Made by a program: the position numbers and the translations under genes. From a virus (taxonomy: Duplodnaviria > Caudoviricetes), in the IMG/VR virus record IMGVR_UViG_3300007276_000066, positions 1 through 52,666 of that record: a stretch of 52,666 nt of DNA; one strand, given 5' to 3'. A model generated the notes under the pieces. The model did not search any database. It was not told where the DNA came from and saw only the letters and a list, made by a program, of their open reading frames with translations. The stretch's first letter is position 1, and each line of letters opens with the position of its first letter. Positions 36,601 through 46,144 of the stretch are shown here, piece after piece.

Positions 36601-38407
36601 TAAGCTCATCGATGGCTTTCTTTTCTGTTAGTTGAGCCTGTGTGTGCGTCTTTAGAAAATCAGCTTCAGCTTGCCGAGCAGCCGCAACTTTTTGAAGGTG
36701 TTCTTCTTGTTGCGCGATCCTCTCAGAAAGTATCTCTGCTTCAAGCGCAACCAGCCCCATATTGGTTCCGAGGGCTGCAAGCTTTTCGTTATAGAACTCG
36801 ACAGCCTCCGCATTATCGCCCCACCATGCCGCACCACCTGTAGAGCCTTCCTCCATTAAGGACTGAAGCCTGTGCAACTCCTCGTATGATTCGCTAGTCT
36901 TCCTTAACTCCTCTTGGCTTTTAGCCAGCTTTTCATTAAGGTCGAGCATCGTCCGGTCTTGCATGGCCTCATTGAAGCCATTAACCTTGTCGGTTAGTTC
37001 CGGAAACTCAACGCCCAAATCCTCAAGACGGCTCCTTAAGTCAAGCGACTGGTCTTCAGCACTTTTAGCGGACTTAGCAAAACTGTAGAGAGCGAACGCA
37101 GCTATAGCGGCTACACCTACTGGGCCTCCCAGTAACGCCACTCCTGCAGCAGCGCCCCTTGATGCAACCCCCATAGCTCTGACAGCAAAAGTTTGGCGAG
37201 TAATTGCCGCCGCCCCTTGATTCATTGATGCGTTCAGAGACTTAGAAAGAACCAATCTCTTGGCCTGTATTCCGACCAGCTTCTGTTCGGCTATCTCCAG
37301 ACGCTTCGTAGCAACTGCGGCAGAGCCTTTCGCTTTAGCATCGACTAAGGAAGCTTTCGCTAAGGCAATTTTTTCTCGGGTCGCCCGAATGCTGTTTGCA
37401 TTACTGGCCAGAAGCGCCTTATTCTCATTTATTAAGACGGTGGTGTTGCTAACTGTGGCTGAACTAGCAGCCCTGATTGACTGTGTGAATGATATGAGGC
37501 TGTTTGCCGCAACCGTTCCCGCAAGCAAACCGAACCCTGTCACCAGAACGTCGAGATTTTGGGAGAGGTATATAACTCCCTCGCCAAGTGTCTCTGTTAC
37601 GCCATAAACGTCATTGAGAGACGCGATACCCTTCTGGGCCTCATTGGACAGGATCTGTATGGACTGACCGAATGTGACGGGCAGCGATGCGAATTGCGCT
37701 CTAATTAGAGGCGCTGATTTCTGTAATGCGGTGAGGATGTATTCTGTGGTTAGAGCACCCTCAATAGAAAGCTCTCTAAGTCTTGCTTGAGTAACGCCAG
37801 CACCGTCAGCAATTGCCGCCATTAACCCGACAGCATTTTCGCTCAATGATCTGAACTCATCGCCGCGAAGTACGCCAGAGGCTAGGCCCTGAGATAACTG
37901 TAAGAGTGATGCGGAGGTTTCTTTTGCTGTTGCGCCACCCAGAGCGAGTGACTTTGAAACGAGCGAGGTAATCTGAGTTAGCTCTAATCCAGCAGTCTTC
38001 GCCGTACCCATTCTCTGGGCCAAACGAACATAGAAACTGGAGTAGGCTTCTAAATCAGCCCTTGCGTCCTGAGCGCCCCTGAATAGTTCGCGCTGTATTT
38101 TATTGAATTCTGATGTGCCGGAAACGACCAACTTAAGACGGCCATTCAGCAAAGTCATTGCATCAGCGGTCTGTACGAAGTTTCTGGCTAACGTAAGCAG
38201 AGACAATCCGCCCAAAGCTCGACCGAAGTTGCGAGACAACGTGGTAGAATTTTGAACGTCCTGATTGTACCTGCGTATCGACTTGCTTGCTAAGGACTGC
38301 TCAGCATTGAGACTTTTCGCGGCTCTTGTTGTGGCTGATAATGCCTTAACAGCGCCGGTGGAATTTCCGGTTAACTCAAGAAGATATTCCTGTCTTTGTC
38401 TGGTCAT
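33647..38407 (-). CDS. tape measure protein
   Basis: 1586 aa; QLSQGLASGVLRGDEFRS tape-measure motif; coiled coils; Gly-rich C-terminus. Confidence 0.93.
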   Translation of the reverse strand: MTRQRQEYLLELTGNSTGAVKALSATTRAAKSLNAEQSLASKSIRRYNQDVQNSTTLSRNFGRALGGLSLLTLARNFVQTADAMTLLNGRLKLVVSGTSEFNKIQRELFRGAQDARADLEAYSSFYVRLAQRMGTAKTAGLELTQITSLVSKSLALGGATAKETSASLLQLSQGLASGVLRGDEFRSLSENAVGLMAAIADGAGVTQARLRELSIEGALTTEYILTALQKSAPLIRAQFASLPVTFGQSIQILSNEAQKGIASLNDVYGVTETLGEGVIYLSQNLDVLVTGFGLLAGTVAANSLISFTQSIRAASSATVSNTTVLINENKALLASNANSIRATREKIALAKASLVDAKAKGSAAVATKRLEIAEQKLVGIQAKRLVLSKSLNASMNQGAAAITRQTFAVRAMGVASRGAAAGVALLGGPVGVAAIAAFALYSFAKSAKSAEDQSLDLRSRLEDLGVEFPELTDKVNGFNEAMQDRTMLDLNEKLAKSQEELRKTSESYEELHRLQSLMEEGSTGGAAWWGDNAEAVEFYNEKLAALGTNMGLVALEAEILSERIAQQEEHLQKVAAARQAEADFLKTHTQAQLTEKKAIDELNESITAEIVKRKEQLVELARLQKIKQSLIQSDGLNAVSVEVVTQKINKLTKAVDSNSNAATTSLGVVDKVIKKRADLVKKMADLKAAYGREGTVLKDLQGEYARTKAELDKLNESNKTTADLIKEVIAKYKAETVSLKETKKAIEDLTGSRVAANAVVKSSNLEQIAAQRATDEVTAALDEQLHIIRLTATEGENAAEVYRLMKAAADSNGTSIAKMTASQKASIVALVEAKDAAEKFNERLDGISQTLAGVIVNGDSLRDALKSLWKQLLFDLVASGLREAILQTFNLFDGNASTNFSWGAVFNASKQGAGFGGSSGAPSGSPSGTPSVSTQFVNSLGGKVGLTSTQSTAALAGAGAVFNIYNGAQAGGVGGGLQVANGGIQAYNAYQAYTGGTAATGNMVNGLGMAGNAFGIYNGIKQGGAMGYGSAALNAYQLYGTGAGMGLWGQAAAYQGANVSGIIANSGYANTLVNPNFMNYTSQGLNTAGMGVQTVPVGSATVATGTTQAGNGLSALGTAGAVAGVAGGVYGMYSGVQQGGARGAATFGAGAMGTYAGAAALSGGSTAVLGAMGPYGWAAMAILALAGMGGARDYDQILQEDYMPKLLGQQGAGHALGENGEVGFDGGNTAVFGANYGIQGSGLTAQQLSDGGAQGNGGFFTGAQRTLDGFEEALRAAGFDSLNSDFGTLRVLDKDKNVEDIKAVWAEYAAGLDEAVTYGEVFETAIHNGLIDPSNLFFENFATGFGQSAFEAKDSLLAVDESFDSMVANGMSGQDALFNSISEHYQIAVEDAKLFVEQSGVAAEQWEQQFRDASGGALEEILNFNAEGVTAFESSFDAMSISAQENFDSIATGMASLTDRASIEARRMAAAYSGQTTYSLAVSNSASAYHLGEYSSALSSSKTFTVPHGGSSLSGGDQLFTIGAVPDREEISVSQTGTIDKIYAAVQSGGVSSNDTSHLLSAVSELIAVQKETNQHLSELKNDARY

Positions 38408-38786
38408 TCCTTGCTCTCACTAATCCTTGTTCGATGGCTTGCAAATCTTCTAAAATGCGCCCACTTTTCTTCCGTGAAAATTGGGTCCTGAGATAGGTCA
38501 TAACGCCTGTGTAGTTAAGCCCTATGAACTTCAGACCGCTTTGGTCTGAGGCGTACACTCTCTGAGTAGAGAGTTCTTTGTTGAATAGGTTGAACGAGTG
38601 AATGTTTTCTTCAAATAGCTCAAACTCCTCTATGCCATCGCGCTCGTGTTGTGCGGCCTTGTAGGACTCCTCATCGAAGCCCATGAAAACTGCATCAGCC
38701 AGCTCCTCATCTAATCGTTCTAGAATCAGTGCTGGCTGGCTATCAGCGGGGGTTCCGAGCCAGACCCCAGCCTCTTCTAGTTTTTT
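38376..38786 (-). CDS. tail assembly chaperone T portion (-1 frameshift product)
   Basis: Entered through A-AAA-AAC at 38786-38780; GLNY motif; lies before the tape measure. Confidence 0.75.
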   Translation of the reverse strand, partial: KKLEEAGVWLGTPADSQPALILERLDEELADAVFMGFDEESYKAAQHERDGIEEFELFEENIHSFNLFNKELSTQRVYASDQSGLKFIGLNYTGVMTYLRTQFSRKKSGRILEDLQAIEQGLVRARNDQTKTGISS

Positions 38787-39232
38787 ATGCGACCACCGGT
38801 GGCGCTCCACACACCAGACACAAGCGCAAGACGATATACCGGACTGTCAACTACTTCCTTGAGGTTCGCCTTATTGAACTCAACCGGATTGTCTTCGCTG
38901 TCCTTCAGATCCCATCCCTTGAGCCGGCTCAATGCTGCGTCCTCACCTTCATCAATAATGCTATCAATTTCAGCGCCCAAGCCTTCAAGCAGCTTGTCGT
39001 CAATGTCTGGAAAGCCGTCATCGTCCTCGGCCTCAAGAGCTGTTTCAATTTGCTCTTGAATCTTCTGAACTTTCTTGCTTCGCCCCTGAGACTGCTTGAC
39101 CATCTTCTTCTGTTCGCTAATAGTCATCCGAACGTAGCTGGCCGTAAACTTGACCTCTTCCTCGTCGGGAAGCTCGATAATTATTGGAACCTGAACGTGC
39201 TGCTCTAGACCGCGTATTTTTAAACCACTCAT
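38777..39232 (-). CDS. tail assembly chaperone G
   Basis: LKGWDLKD...VEF; lies between tail tube and tape measure; ends ATA AAA AAC TAG. Confidence 0.8.
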   Translation of the reverse strand: MSGLKIRGLEQHVQVPIIIELPDEEEVKFTASYVRMTISEQKKMVKQSQGRSKKVQKIQEQIETALEAEDDDGFPDIDDKLLEGLGAEIDSIIDEGEDAALSRLKGWDLKDSEDNPVEFNKANLKEVVDSPVYRLALVSGVWSATGGRIKN

Positions 39233-39255
39233 ATCAATCACCGTTTACCGTTAAA

Positions 39256-39270
39256 GTAAGAAAATCTTAC
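39256..39270. promoter_or_regulatory. perfect GTAAG-N5-CTTAC palindrome
   Basis: GTAAGAAAATCTTAC between the tail tube and chaperone genes. Confidence 0.75.
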
Positions 39271-39347
39271 CTGTTTGACCGTAGAAAGATTGCGGGTGTC
39301 GTCACGGTCAACAACAACACCCGCCAGCCCCGAGGGGCCTTTTTCTA

Positions 39348-40343
39348 TTAAGCTGCGTACCAGCCGAAAGTTAACTCATCAGAGCGCACTTCAAGCTGAC
39401 ATTGAATGCCCTGATTGCCGTCACTTAGAGCAACAAGCTTAGGGTTGACCATCCGACAAACAGCGTCTAGCTTCAATATATGGCCGACGCGAGTATCGAA
39501 CACCAAAGCGAAATCGTAGTAGTTCAAGCCAGCCAGATCATTAGCCCAAGCCCAAATATTACTAGAGTCCATATCAAGCATCATGAACGTAATATCGATG
39601 GTCATTTTCTCTTCCATCAAGTTAGTCTCAGCGCAATTAACAACGTCAGTCCGGCTTTGAGTCCAGCCCAATTTAGGAATAACTAATGAGTGAGCGCAAA
39701 GTGCCTGACTATTAAACGTCAACGTCGTAAAGCTGGCTGCGGAGAATGGCAATGGCGAGACAAATGATGTTGGCTGTGTAGTCCCAAGGGCTGTTGCATC
39801 CACCCGAGCAGGCTCTACATAAGTTCCAACAAAGTCATTGAACATCAACTTAGGGAAGTCAGATGAGAAGTCCATCCCAGCAGTTCCACGCGCATCAATA
39901 GTCTTATACTGATCAACATCAAAGCTGGTAGGGCTGTTTGTGGTCACTTTCTGGTTTACAGCGAGAGTAACAACATCTATCGCCGTCCGATCAGACAAGG
40001 AGAATGTCACTTCATTTGCCACCGAAGTATCCATGTCCCATCCGGAAGCCTGTAAGAATGGAGCGCAAGGAGGCTCAAAAATAGCTGTCCCGCCATCATC
40101 GCCGCCACCAATTAAATCCATTTCCCACTTAACTGTGTTTGTTTGGCTTGTAGCACGTTCAACGGTATCTCGGCCAGAACTGCCGTCATACTCAATGCTT
40201 GCTCGTTCGCCAGTAAGGGCATCAAACTCAAGCGCCTTGGTGCGAACAATATCGGTCGTAGCAAGAGTTTCGCCCGTACCAAAAACTGCTTGGACTTTTC
40301 CGTACATAGCCTTTGCTTTAGCGTTAATTTTAATTCCGGCCAT
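39348..40343 (-). CDS. major tail (tube) protein
   Basis: 331 aa; canonical position; followed by hairpins at about 39292-39340. Confidence 0.75.
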   Translation of the reverse strand: MAGIKINAKAKAMYGKVQAVFGTGETLATTDIVRTKALEFDALTGERASIEYDGSSGRDTVERATSQTNTVKWEMDLIGGGDDGGTAIFEPPCAPFLQASGWDMDTSVANEVTFSLSDRTAIDVVTLAVNQKVTTNSPTSFDVDQYKTIDARGTAGMDFSSDFPKLMFNDFVGTYVEPARVDATALGTTQPTSFVSPLPFSAASFTTLTFNSQALCAHSLVIPKLGWTQSRTDVVNCAETNLMEEKMTIDITFMMLDMDSSNIWAWANDLAGLNYYDFALVFDTRVGHILKLDAVCRMVNPKLVALSDGNQGIQCQLEVRSDELTFGWYAA

Positions 40344-40348
40344 ATCTC

Positions 40349-40501
40349 TTACTTATCCCCTTTAATGTTTGCTTTAGGCTTGGCTTCTGGCACAACACTT
40401 GCTGGCTTATCCACCGGTTTATTTGATGCAATAATCTTAGTCTCAATTGTTGAGCCCTTAATAACTACATTTCCTTCCTTGTCTCTGAATTTCCTTGGCA
40501 C
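40349..40501 (-). CDS. small hypothetical tail-region protein
   Basis: GTG start after GGAGG; fills the gap between terminator and tube genes. Confidence 0.45.
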   Translation of the reverse strand: MPRKFRDKEGNVVIKGSTIETKIIASNKPVDKPASVVPEAKPKANIKGDK

Positions 40502-40502
40502 A

Positions 40503-40931
40503 TTAGCCTCCGACTTTAAATGTTGTGTAAACTTCGCCCCATAGAAGAAAGACAGAATGAGTGTCAATCAACTCGCCACCAACGTGCTCCATCTGGGAAT
40601 ACGGATTATTCCGAGCCAAATCGTCCGAATCGACGTATTCGTAACCGGTATAAATATTGCTTAATGCTTTCTGGCATGCGTCAAGATCCTCTAAACGGCA
40701 TGCGATATTGAAAGCAAAATAATGATCCTTTTTTTGTACAGTCGAGCCAGTGTAATCAGAACCGGAAGATGACACCTTATGCGGCGTTATCCAGACGGAA
40801 GGGTTCTTATTATCCTTCAACGCCTTCATGTGAGTGTACAGACCAGCCTCCTTGAAAAGAAAGCCACCGCCACCGTCACTGTAAGCAAGGATTGTATCCT
40901 TGGTGTCCTCAAGTAACTGCACTACATTCAT
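40503..40931 (-). CDS. tail terminator-like protein
   Basis: Position and size. Confidence 0.6.
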   Translation of the reverse strand: MNVVQLLEDTKDTILAYSDGGGGFLFKEAGLYTHMKALKDNKNPSVWITPHKVSSSGSDYTGSTVQKKDHYFAFNIACRLEDLDACQKALSNIYTGYEYVDSDDLARNNPYSQMEHVGGELIDTHSVFLLWGEVYTTFKVGG

Positions 40932-41494
40932 GGTCTAAGCCCTATCGCTCTCATAAAATGATGATTAAATCTCTTGGCGTACTGTGTTTGCATTAGCGCG
41001 TCCAGCTTGCCGTTATTTGCTACCGCGCCAGCCATTTCCGGAACAGATATCGTCCTTAAAACCTTGATGCCGGACTTCCTCTTCTTGTATTTGGATGAGG
41101 CTTTTTCTTCTGCGGTCAGTCGAGCCCAAATCAACTCATGGCTAATTCTAGCTATCTTAAAGCTGCCTTTGACTAGACTGCTCCCACCACCCTTTCTGAC
41201 GCTGACTCTCCAGCCAGTCTTAGCTTGGCTTGTGCCAAACCTTCCAAGGTTCGGTCTGTAATCCCTGAATCCCAGCGATACTCGACCGGACTCCTTATTG
41301 TCCGCTCGTAGGAATGTCTTGCTCTTAACCGTCGCCGCATTTACGTTGTACTCGGCGCGAACCTGCTTACTTAACTCGGTTAAAACATTCTTACCTGTGT
41401 CTCTTAAAGCCATCTTATGAGCCTTAACAACTGGCGCTACAGAGTAGACCTCCATCAACTTGCTCATATTCACTGGCTTAAACTCTAAACTCAA
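40928..41494 (-). CDS. lambda gpZ-like minor tail protein
   Basis: Basic protein; VRAEYNV and TISVPEM segments; position. Confidence 0.65.
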   Translation of the reverse strand: MSLEFKPVNMSKLMEVYSVAPVVKAHKMALRDTGKNVLTELSKQVRAEYNVNAATVKSKTFLRADNKESGRVSLGFRDYRPNLGRFGTSQAKTGWRVSVRKGGGSSLVKGSFKIARISHELIWARLTAEEKASSKYKKRKSGIKVLRTISVPEMAGAVANNGKLDALMQTQYAKRFNHHFMRAIGLRP

Positions 41495-41790
41495 AACGTA
41501 ACCTCAATGAGCTTGAAATAACCATCGTCCTTGACAGTCCTTCCAAGCTCGTATGAGATACCGTCATCTTCAGAAACGAGAATGTCGCCAATCTCGTATT
41601 CTGGTAACGCTGATGCCAATACTTCAATCGCGTCTGCGATAACAACAAGTTCATCCCGCTCACCCATGACCTCGATGCCGTGATGGTCTAGGAATTTAAT
41701 ATCCCTAGCCGTACCGACAACTGGCTGAAAGTTTGCTAGATGGCCGTGAGCACGGAATGTACTCACGGCAATTCGTTGTTCCCTACGCAT
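41491..41790 (-). CDS. head-tail joining protein (gpFII-like)
   Basis: GD-x7-G-x2-Y...DDG pattern; follows the capsid gene. Confidence 0.65.
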   Translation of the reverse strand: MRREQRIAVSTFRAHGHLANFQPVVGTARDIKFLDHHGIEVMGERDELVVIADAIEVLASALPEYEIGDILVSEDDGISYELGRTVKDDGYFKLIEVTF

Positions 41791-41796
41791 TAAAGA

Positions 41797-42774
41797 TTAA
41801 GCGTTGCTTACTTTAACGATTGCAGTAGGGCGTGTGCAGATATGCAGAGGGTTGGATTGAGTCTCCACAATCCAGCCTTTGCCGCCCTCTTTTTCCCAGC
41901 CTTTAGAGTACATTGGCAAGCCCATTGTGTTAACGGTCTCGTTGTAGTCAGCAGGAGCGTAATAAGATTGAAACAGTCCGCTAACGCCTTCTGGAACCGC
42001 ATACGCAGTGTTATCTTCAATTTTCACAAGAGAAGTACCTTCGTACTCTTCAAAGATAGCGCCGCCATAAGAAAACCCAGCGCGAACGTCATCACGGTTC
42101 ATGCCGCTATCCATATAGCGTGAATACTGCTCTTTCACTTCAGCGTTCTCAATGAATGCGTCAAAGAAAGTAGGTGAGCACAAGAAGCGAACTCCCTTAA
42201 AGCCTACACCGCCCAATGCAGTCTTGATCTGTCGCTTAATTGCAACAACATCAGTACGAGGAGTGGTTGTAGCTACAAGAATGTCAGCCGTTGTCTGGCT
42301 CACGCTCATTTCCGTGAAAAGGTTCAACAGTACGCTTGTGCCGTCCGCATCATAAACGATCCCTTTAAGCGCACCCATACGCAAATGCTCTTGGGTGTAC
42401 ATAATGTCGTCGTGATGCTTTTTGACCTTCTTCGCCAATTTAGCTGAAACTGCCTCAGTCTCGCTTTGCGTTCCGAATGCGCGAACATTCTGGAGTTCTG
42501 ACGCTTGGACGCTGGAGCGTTGAGGAAGGTGTATTGTGCTGAAGTTGCGAGACTTGTACTTACTGATCTCGCGCTGTTTTGGCTCTGAGCCACGCGCAGC
42601 AGCAGGAACCAACTCAATAGAATCAGCGCCGAAATCCAAGCGAACATCAGTTGTATCAATGCCCTCATTTGAGAAATAGCCCAACTCAGTAATTCGCTGC
42701 GGAATGTACTCAATATCCTGTACGGCGGCGGTTAGTGTTTCAAGCTCGAAAACGTCCGTGTTAAAATTTGCCAT
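41797..42774 (-). CDS. major capsid protein (lambda gpE family)
   Basis: LTAAV, EHLRMGALKG, APADY..TVNT.G and ETQSNPL motifs. Confidence 0.92.
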   Translation of the reverse strand: MANFNTDVFELETLTAAVQDIEYIPQRITELGYFSNEGIDTTDVRLDFGADSIELVPAAARGSEPKQREISKYKSRNFSTIHLPQRSSVQASELQNVRAFGTQSETEAVSAKLAKKVKKHHDDIMYTQEHLRMGALKGIVYDADGTSVLLNLFTEMSVSQTTADILVATTTPRTDVVAIKRQIKTALGGVGFKGVRFLCSPTFFDAFIENAEVKEQYSRYMDSGMNRDDVRAGFSYGGAIFEEYEGTSLVKIEDNTAYAVPEGVSGLFQSYYAPADYNETVNTMGLPMYSKGWEKEGGKGWIVETQSNPLHICTRPTAIVKVSNA

Positions 42775-42786
42775 TAGTGTTTCTCC

Positions 42787-43143
42787 TTAAACGACTTTAA
42801 TGTTTTGTGAAAGAAGAATTACCTTAATGGCATCCTTCTCTGCGTCGAGGTTAACGTCGCCCGTATAGGTCAGGCGAGACTCTTGCAGCGTCGCAATTCG
42901 CGTCAAAGCAACAGCCCCAACAACGTCAGCGCCTGAAGCGTCAACAGCGTCGTATAACACCGCAACAGGATTGCCTGATCCGGCAACTAGCGGCACATAT
43001 TTGCCTGTGTCAAGCTCAACAACCGATCCAGCGACCGAGAAGTTAGTGCCTGTAAGGACTGTTACATTGTCTCGGCTTAGGTAATCCTTTGCCTCGGAGA
43101 CAATAAACTCTCCTGCGTGGTTTGTTTCTGTAGATGTAGCCAT
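42787..43143 (-). CDS. head decoration protein (gpD-like)
   Basis: HAGEFIVSEA...SRD and AVLY..VDAS motifs. Confidence 0.85.
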   Translation of the reverse strand: MATSTETNHAGEFIVSEAKDYLSRDNVTVLTGTNFSVAGSVVELDTGKYVPLVAGSGNPVAVLYDAVDASGADVVGAVALTRIATLQESRLTYTGDVNLDAEKDAIKVILLSQNIKVV

Positions 43144-43155
43144 TAAAAAATCTCC

Positions 43156-43623
43156 TTATTTGTTGTCGTAAACGGCGTATAAGTTACGAGTTACTTTTTG
43201 AGCACTCGCGGGAATGTGGGCTGAAATGTCCTCGTCAGCCGACTGAGCATCTAGGATGGCTCGGGCAACTTCAGCGGGGTTAGACCCGTTACTCAAAACT
43301 GAAGCGGTTTGCTCAGCGGTGAATTCTGCAGCAGTAAGAACATCACGCAATGCGTCATAGCTTTGGATGCTGTCGTTTACAGTTGAGGCCGTTGCTTTAG
43401 AAGCAATAAGACCTGCGATTAGGTGCGGAACACCTGCGTTTGAGCAAAGCGTCGCAAGCTCACCGGCATCCATAGAAGCCTCTGGGTCTGCGGACTCAAC
43501 TACAGTTTCAACTGTGGCTGTAGCTTCTGGAGCCTCTACGTCCGCAATTTCAGCGGTAGCATCGGCACTTGCAGTAGCACCAGCACTTACTGGGACCACC
43601 TCATCATTGCTTTCGTTAATCAT
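43156..43623 (-). CDS. nested in-frame scaffolding protein (Nu3-like)
   Basis: Internal GAGGT ribosome-binding site before ATG 43623; Ala/Glu-rich product. Confidence 0.65.
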   Translation of the reverse strand: MINESNDEVVPVSAGATASADATAEIADVEAPEATATVETVVESADPEASMDAGELATLCSNAGVPHLIAGLIASKATASTVNDSIQSYDALRDVLTAAEFTAEQTASVLSNGSNPAEVARAILDAQSADEDISAHIPASAQKVTRNLYAVYDNK

Positions 43624-44475
43624 TTTGTTTAATACCTCGTTGTATGACATTACGCCATCAGCCAAGCCGACTTCGACTGCCTCCGACCCTTGATATACCT
43701 CGGCCTCAGTAGCCATCACTGACTCGACTGACATGCCTCGATTTCTTGCTACCGTGCTGGCGAACATGACTCTGGTTGAGTCTATTCGAGCCTGCATATT
43801 CTCTCGGACCTTTGCTGGGAGAACTTCGTATGGATTGCCTTCTACTTTGTGTGCTCCGGAATGGATTAAAGTGACCTTGCGGCCCTCTTTTTTCATCTTC
43901 CCTGACACCTCTTGGTGGGCGATCAAAACTCCAATTGACCCAGATATCCCCGTCCTTGGGGTATAAATACTGCCGCAGGATGACGCCAATGCGTATGCGG
44001 CGCTTGTGGCTTTCTCACCTATAAAGGCTACCGTCTCCTTCTCGCCTCGGAACTGGTAGATAAAATCACAAAGATCAAAACATCCGGCAACTTCGCCACC
44101 TGAAGAATCGATATCAAAAAGTATTTTACTTACAGACGCATCGTCTACAGCCTCGATAAATTGAGCTTGAACTCCGTCATATCCTTGTACGCCTGAGCTT
44201 GGCCCTATATAGCCACTCTTATTAACAAGAGTCCCCGCTACAGGTATAATCGCAACTCCCTGCTCTACCTGATACGACCTACCATTCCTGCGTGAATTAT
44301 TGCCCGAAAACATACGAGAATCTGCACTGATTTTCTCAGCGTCAGAACCTACAATTTCAGTCATCCCGATGCGATCAGCGATGGCCGTCAGGAACACTGC
44401 GGCGTAGTCCTGATCCAGCATTAACGGCGTGTTGTAAATCCTAGTTGCTATCTGAGTCAGATTCATTCTTGTCAA
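43156..44475 (-). CDS. S49 prohead protease (gpC-like)
   Basis: DIDSSGGEV, SAAYALAS, GSIGV and GLADGV motifs. Confidence 0.9.
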   Translation of the reverse strand: MTRMNLTQIATRIYNTPLMLDQDYAAVFLTAIADRIGMTEIVGSDAEKISADSRMFSGNNSRRNGRSYQVEQGVAIIPVAGTLVNKSGYIGPSSGVQGYDGVQAQFIEAVDDASVSKILFDIDSSGGEVAGCFDLCDFIYQFRGEKETVAFIGEKATSAAYALASSCGSIYTPRTGISGSIGVLIAHQEVSGKMKKEGRKVTLIHSGAHKVEGNPYEVLPAKVRENMQARIDSTRVMFASTVARNRGMSVESVMATEAEVYQGSEAVEVGLADGVMSYNEVLNKMINESNDEVVPVSAGATASADATAEIADVEAPEATATVETVVESADPEASMDAGELATLCSNAGVPHLIAGLIASKATASTVNDSIQSYDALRDVLTAAEFTAEQTASVLSNGSNPAEVARAILDAQSADEDISAHIPASAQKVTRNLYAVYDNK

Positions 44476-45931
44476 CGTCCTCTGTTAAGTTATGTTCGTC
44501 TTCCAGCTCTTTCTGTCTAGCCCTGTAAAGGACGTTCTCTTCCTGAGCTGACTTTGCGTCGCCTGACCTTTTACGAGCCTCTGAGTGGACTGTGGTTAAG
44601 CCCATTTCGATTCCCAGCTTAGCCGCTTGCAGATCTTGGACAGGGTGTTCGTATGCCCAGCCTTGTGGCGTCCAATCGCACTTAAGGTACTCACTTCTTT
44701 GAGTGGAATAATTTGGTAGTGTTAATCGGTCGTGAAGGACTATTGCATCCGTCCACCATGCCTGTACTTGGGCGCACACCTGACCAACCATGTAAATATC
44801 TTGTATCGCGCCAATCTCTCGCTTAAAGCTGTTCATCGCAGAACGCCATAAACGATCACTCTTTATCTGGGACCAGTCCCCGCTCATCAACTCGTAGGGG
44901 ATTCCGTGATCACTGGCAATCGACATTAGCTGTTGTCGCATGTAGTCCGAATAGAACTCTCCACCCTTCTCAGCATCAAATAGATTGAGTGTTTCGCCTG
45001 CCGCCAACTCAGTGATTGATCCTGCCGTTGTACTTACGTCGGGAGTTTCTTCATCGCCGGTAATTGGCTGGCCCGTTATTGCGTCGAGCTGCTGGCCTTT
45101 ATCATTCCATTTAGCTTCCGTTTCAATTGTCCCAGTGAATGCCGATTTAAGCTTTTTGCGCTCTAATTCGTAATCGTCATACTGCTCTAGGTTCGCGTTC
45201 TTAAACAACGACGCGCTATTGATCGGAACCCCGCGAAGCTGACCATTTCGGGTTGGTATGAAATGATGAATAACATCCTTCGCTAAAACTCGAACGCGCT
45301 CATTACTTAATCCACTAAAACCTATTTTTTCGTCTGGATGATTGATAAAGAAGTGATAAGCGACGCGCTCACCAGATCGATTCAACTCAACCCCAGCCCG
45401 AACTATATTTCCGTTAGTCAGCAGGTCATCGTATGACGCATCTAACATTTCCGACTCAAGAATCTGAACCTGAATCGGGACAGCAAGACTAGATCTTGAC
45501 TGCTTACGTCTGCGACGAATAAATACCTCGCCCGACTCATTACGCGCCCGTGATATCAATCTTAGGCCAGCGTAGAAATTGCCAACGCCATCAGAAACCA
45601 GCTCTTTACAGCTCTGACTCCATAACTCCGTGATAGCGTCATTTAACTTGGGGTTCTTTAGCTCGAACCTAGGCTTTATGCCAGAACCTATCTCATGACT
45701 TACTAGCTGCCTGTGAGCATTCTTTATGTGCGGCGAATTACGAGAAGCGTCCTGAGATCTGCCTTGGATAACCCTAAGCTCGGCAACAACCGCAGAGTTT
45801 GGCCCAGCCTTTCGGGTAGTCATCGAGCCTGCTCTACGACCCCTTGATCCAGAGACGTAATTAGTTGATCGGCCCATCTGCTTTAGATTGTCTGCGCTGG
45901 AGATCGGCAACCCTGAAGAGTCTAATATCAA
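44441..45931 (-). CDS. portal protein (lambda gpB family)
   Basis: ESGEVF, QILESEML, GQLRGVP and GIPYELMSGD motifs. Confidence 0.92.
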   Translation of the reverse strand: MILDSSGLPISSADNLKQMGRSTNYVSGSRGRRAGSMTTRKAGPNSAVVAELRVIQGRSQDASRNSPHIKNAHRQLVSHEIGSGIKPRFELKNPKLNDAITELWSQSCKELVSDGVGNFYAGLRLISRARNESGEVFIRRRRKQSRSSLAVPIQVQILESEMLDASYDDLLTNGNIVRAGVELNRSGERVAYHFFINHPDEKIGFSGLSNERVRVLAKDVIHHFIPTRNGQLRGVPINSASLFKNANLEQYDDYELERKKLKSAFTGTIETEAKWNDKGQQLDAITGQPITGDEETPDVSTTAGSITELAAGETLNLFDAEKGGEFYSDYMRQQLMSIASDHGIPYELMSGDWSQIKSDRLWRSAMNSFKREIGAIQDIYMVGQVCAQVQAWWTDAIVLHDRLTLPNYSTQRSEYLKCDWTPQGWAYEHPVQDLQAAKLGIEMGLTTVHSEARKRSGDAKSAQEENVLYRARQKELEDEHNLTEDVDKNESDSDSN

Positions 45932-46144
45932 TTAAAGCCCCCTATCGACACACAGCCGATATGATTTTTTGTACGGCTTTGCTGAGCCATTAATCTCTTT
46001 GATTAACTTGGCCTCAAGAGCCAGCATTTCATCAAGGTTGCGATAAGTTACAGCCCTGCCGTTGTGCTTAACGCTGAATTCACCGGAAGCCATAGCGTCC
46101 TGTAAAATCTCCAACCTTGCAGCTAATTCGGTGCTATCCGCCAT
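45932..46144 (-). CDS. head completion protein (gpW-like)
   Basis: SG..SV..NGRAVTYR; lies between TerL and portal. Confidence 0.8.
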   Translation of the reverse strand: MADSTELAARLEILQDAMASGEFSVKHNGRAVTYRNLDEMLALEAKLIKEINGSAKPYKKSYRLCVDRGL

